DNA of 64,000 nucleotides from Planctomycetota bacterium (GTDB lineage Bacteria > Planctomycetota > UBA1135 > UBA2386). Under the pieces are notes generated by a model. That model was not told the DNA's origin, did not search any database, and saw only the letters and a list, made by a program, of their open reading frames with translations. Made by a program: the position numbers and the translations under genes. The stretch is from assembly GCA_046290465.1 (NCBI GenBank), contig JBKAGP010000001.1, forward strand, positions 2,464,001 through 2,528,000, read 5' to 3'. Shown here piece by piece: positions 61,150 through 64,000 of this stretch; position 1 is the stretch's first letter, and each line of letters begins with the position of its first letter.

Positions 61150-61181
61150 AGCGCGTCCACTACCTGGACGCGCTCCTAGCG
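61150..61181. repeat. Short hairpin element, copy 2
   Basis: AGCGCGTCCA-CTACC-TGGACGCGCT followed by CCTAGCG. Confidence 0.75.
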
Positions 61182-62705
61182 GCCCATGCGCAGCGCCACC
61201 TCGCCGGTGACCATCAGCGACGACAGCTCGCGCTGCTGCGGTTCTGCTCCGGCAAGCTCGACCCGCAGCGACACGTCGAAGCGGCCGCAGTGCGGCAGCG
61301 CCAGCACGCACGGCTCGTCGGCGGCACAGGCCACGTCGACTCCGCCGCCGAGGTTGCTGGTGACGCGCCAGACCTTGCCCATGCTCGGCGGCTCCACGAG
61401 CAGCGACGCGTCGCCGCCGCGCCACGCCGGCAGCACCAGCTTGGACGGCATCGCCTCCCGCCAGGTCACGTTGCGCCCGGCGTGGCCGCGCGCACGCAGC
61501 GCGAGTTCGACGCCGTCTGCCGCCGGCAGGCCGACCGAGAACGCGCCTGCCGCGCCGGTCTCGGCGATGCAGACGCCGCGCAGGTCCAGGTATGGCGGCA
61601 GCAGGCGCAGTGACCGCGGTCCGTCGAGACGCTGGCCCGGCACCCGCGCGAACACCGCGGCACCGGCGATCGGCGCGCCGGCGTCGTCGACGACGATGCC
61701 CTGCTGGGTCCGTTCGCCGAACGACATGCGCAAGAGCGCGCGGGTCGGCTGCTCGGACAGCGAAACCTCGGTCGGCGCCGCGACCGCTGCCAGCGGATGG
61801 CGCACGACGATCCGCGCGTCGCCGTGCTGCGGCAGGTCCTCGATCGCGACCTTGCCGGCTGCGTCGATCGGGTAGCCGTCGGTCAACAGCTGCGCGAAGA
61901 ACGGCCACTGCGACAGCCCGGACGACACGGCCTTGGCCCCGGGCACCACGTAGGCGCGCGCCCGTTCGATCTCGACGGCGCGCGCCGCGACCTGCACGAA
62001 CACGGTCGACGCCGGCTGCAGCACCGCGGTCAACGGCTCGACGCCGCGGTCGACGGTGATCGCCTGCCACTTGCTGGCGTGGCCCGGCGCGCGCACCACG
62101 AACGGCACCCCGTCACCGGCCGGCACGTCGGCCTCGAACGCGCCGGTGTCGTCGGTGGCGAACGCGCGCTCGGCACCGTCCACCTCGCGCTCGCCGAACC
62201 ACACCGACGCGCCCACCAGCGGCTGCTGCGCCGCGTCGAGCACGGTGCCGCGCACGACGATGCGGGCCCCCACGCGGGCGGCGGTCTGGCCCACCGGGTC
62301 GAGCGCGAGCTGGCGCAGCAGCTGCCGGCCCTCGTGCTCGATCGCGAGCAGCGCCAGGCCACGACCGGGGCGCGCGACGTCGTAGCCGGAGTCGACGCCG
62401 GCGACGATGCGCGCCGGCAGCAGCGCGCCGTCGGCGCCTTCGGCCAGCGCCGGCTCGGCCGGCGGCGCGACGAACCGTTCGCGCGACGTGACCTGCACGT
62501 GGACCACCGGCGCATCCAATGGCACCGCGCCTTCGAAGCGAGGCGGGTCGGGTGGCTGCGGCGCGCCGGCCTGCGACCGCGGCTGCTGCGGGTCGCCGCC
62601 AGCGGGAGGCGCGACGACGTCGCCGCGATGGGTGGACCAGATCCACGCTGCCACCGCGGCAACGGTGCACCCGAGCAGCAGGAACAGTACGGTGCTTCGT
62701 TGCAT
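61176..62705 (-). CDS. Exported protein with carboxypeptidase-regulatory-like beta-sandwich domains
   Basis: N-terminal TM; VRGTVLDAAQQPLVGASV..TDDTGAF and GIVVDDAGAPIAGAAV repeats. Confidence 0.72.
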   Translation of the reverse strand: MQRSTVLFLLLGCTVAAVAAWIWSTHRGDVVAPPAGGDPQQPRSQAGAPQPPDPPRFEGAVPLDAPVVHVQVTSRERFVAPPAEPALAEGADGALLPARIVAGVDSGYDVARPGRGLALLAIEHEGRQLLRQLALDPVGQTAARVGARIVVRGTVLDAAQQPLVGASVWFGEREVDGAERAFATDDTGAFEADVPAGDGVPFVVRAPGHASKWQAITVDRGVEPLTAVLQPASTVFVQVAARAVEIERARAYVVPGAKAVSSGLSQWPFFAQLLTDGYPIDAAGKVAIEDLPQHGDARIVVRHPLAAVAAPTEVSLSEQPTRALLRMSFGERTQQGIVVDDAGAPIAGAAVFARVPGQRLDGPRSLRLLPPYLDLRGVCIAETGAAGAFSVGLPAADGVELALRARGHAGRNVTWREAMPSKLVLPAWRGGDASLLVEPPSMGKVWRVTSNLGGGVDVACAADEPCVLALPHCGRFDVSLRVELAGAEPQQRELSSLMVTGEVALRMGR

Positions 62706-62747
62706 CAAGTCCGGACGAAGGATACCGCCGGATCGTCCAACCTGCGC

Positions 62748-63827
62748 ATGCCCCTGCCGATCGCCATCGACTATCGCCCCGCGCTGCTGTCGCGCGCCGG
62801 CATCGGCCGCGCCACCCGCGAACTGGCCAACGCGCTCGCGCAGGTCGACGACGTCGCGCTGCACCTGTTCGGCCACAGCCTCGCGCGGGCCCGGGTCGCG
62901 CTGGACGTGCCCGGACGTGCGCGGCTGCACCGGCTGCCGATCGCCGGACGCGTGCTGCCGACCCTCCGCCGCTTCGGCGTCGGCGCCGAACGGCTCGCCG
63001 GCAACGCGCGGTTGTTCCACTGGACCGACTACGTGCAGCCGCCGGTCGGCCATGCCAGAACGGTGCTGACGGTGCACGACCTGGCGTTCGTGCGCGATCC
63101 GCGCTGGCACGGCGCCGACGCCGCCACGCTGCGCGAACGCACGCGTGGCGCGATCGCGGCGGCCACCGCGCTGACCGCGCCGACCGCGGCGACCGCGGCC
63201 GACGTGCGCGCGTTCGCCCCGGACGCGCCACCGCCGCGGGTGATCCCGTGGGGCGCCGACCACGTGCCGACGACGGAGCTGCCGCGGCCGTTCGCCGGCG
63301 ACTACGCGCTGTGCGTCGGCACGATCGAGCCGCGCAAGAACCACCTCGGGCTGTTGCGCGCGTGGCGCGAACTGCGGTCGAGCAGACCGCACCTGATCGT
63401 GGTCGGCGCGGTCGGCTGGGAGTGCGACGAGATCGTGGCCGCGATGCAGCAGGCCGAACGCGAAGGGCTGCTGACCTGGCTGCGCCACGCCGACGACGCG
63501 ACGCTGTGGGCGCTGCTGCAGCACGCGCGCGCGCTGCTCTACCCGGCGCTGTGGGAGGGCTTCGGCTTCCCGCCGCTCGAGGCGATGGCGCTCGGCGTGC
63601 CGGTGGTCGCCCACGACGCGGCGCCGCTGCGCGAGGTCTTTGGCGACGCGGTGCAGTTCGCCGACGCCACCGACCACGCCGCGCTGGCCGCCGCGATCGA
63701 CGCGGTGCTGTTCGACCAGGACCTGCGCGAACGCCATCGCCGCGCCGGCCGGGCGCGCGCGGCAGGGTTCACGTGGCGCGCCTGCGCCGAAGCCCACGCG
63801 CAGCTCTACCGCGAGGTGCTGGCGTGA
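62748..63827 (+). CDS. Glycosyltransferase family 4 (GT-B)
   Basis: TVHDL, VGTIEPRKN, EGFGFPPLEAMALG. Confidence 0.92.
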   Translation: MPLPIAIDYRPALLSRAGIGRATRELANALAQVDDVALHLFGHSLARARVALDVPGRARLHRLPIAGRVLPTLRRFGVGAERLAGNARLFHWTDYVQPPVGHARTVLTVHDLAFVRDPRWHGADAATLRERTRGAIAAATALTAPTAATAADVRAFAPDAPPPRVIPWGADHVPTTELPRPFAGDYALCVGTIEPRKNHLGLLRAWRELRSSRPHLIVVGAVGWECDEIVAAMQQAEREGLLTWLRHADDATLWALLQHARALLYPALWEGFGFPPLEAMALGVPVVAHDAAPLREVFGDAVQFADATDHAALAAAIDAVLFDQDLRERHRRAGRARAAGFTWRACAEAHAQLYREVLA

Positions 63828-64000
63828 CCGTGATCGCGTTCGACGGCGTCTGCTTCGGCGACGGCCCGATCACCGGCGTCGGCCGCGCGTTCGTCGACGG
63901 CGTGCGCGCCTACGCCGCGCGCCGCGAACACGAGTGCGTGCTGCTGGTCCCCGCAGGCGCCGCGGTCGACGAGATCGCCGACCTGCGCTGCGTGCCGGCG
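63824..64000 (+). CDS. Probable second GT4 glycosyltransferase, truncated by the window end
   Basis: GTGA-coupled; MTVIAFDG..TGVGR resembles GT4 N-termini. Confidence 0.6.
   Translation, partial: MTVIAFDGVCFGDGPITGVGRAFVDGVRAYAARREHECVLLVPAGAAVDEIADLRCVPA

Overview
Very GC-rich bacterial chromosomal window; gene content (ECF sigma with Ser/Thr kinase, large secreted proteins, SirB1-like protein) suggests a Planctomycetota-like organism (inference). Bases 1-10395 hold a type I-G (formerly I-U) CRISPR-Cas locus: 17 identical 36-bp repeats with 16 spacers (array runs off the left edge), leader, cas2 and cas4-cas1 on the minus strand, and a divergent cas3 - small cas8 - cas7(csb1) - csb2 operon. 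Csb2 is unusually long, with two Cas6-like modules. The rest is mostly housekeeping, envelope and signalling genes: lptFG, tandem LPS kinase, ABC/HlyD/TolC exporter with a degenerate ATPase, thiolase-hbd-ACAD-sppA-ACAD operon, kinase/ECF pair, serine hydrolase, tRNA-Ala(CGC), FlhG-like ATPase, HU, nitrilase, sigma70, Mrp, glycosyltransferases, trxA, lipB, xseAB, M50 protease, PLP decarboxylase, pilin-HAMP-histidine kinase module, tRNA-Leu(GAG), aminotransferase, OB-fold/DEDD exonuclease, HD hydrolase and a large Gly-rich lipoprotein. Best leads: the Cas5-Cas6-Cas6 Csb2 paired with a small Cas8, a complementary-degenerate ACAD pair, HARP-XseA and OB-DEDD fusions, a 92-bp palindrome, a repeated hairpin element at an M50 gene lacking its stop, a 13-bp repeat array and a candidate sRNA. 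All family calls come from motif recognition by eye, and start codons were chosen manually.
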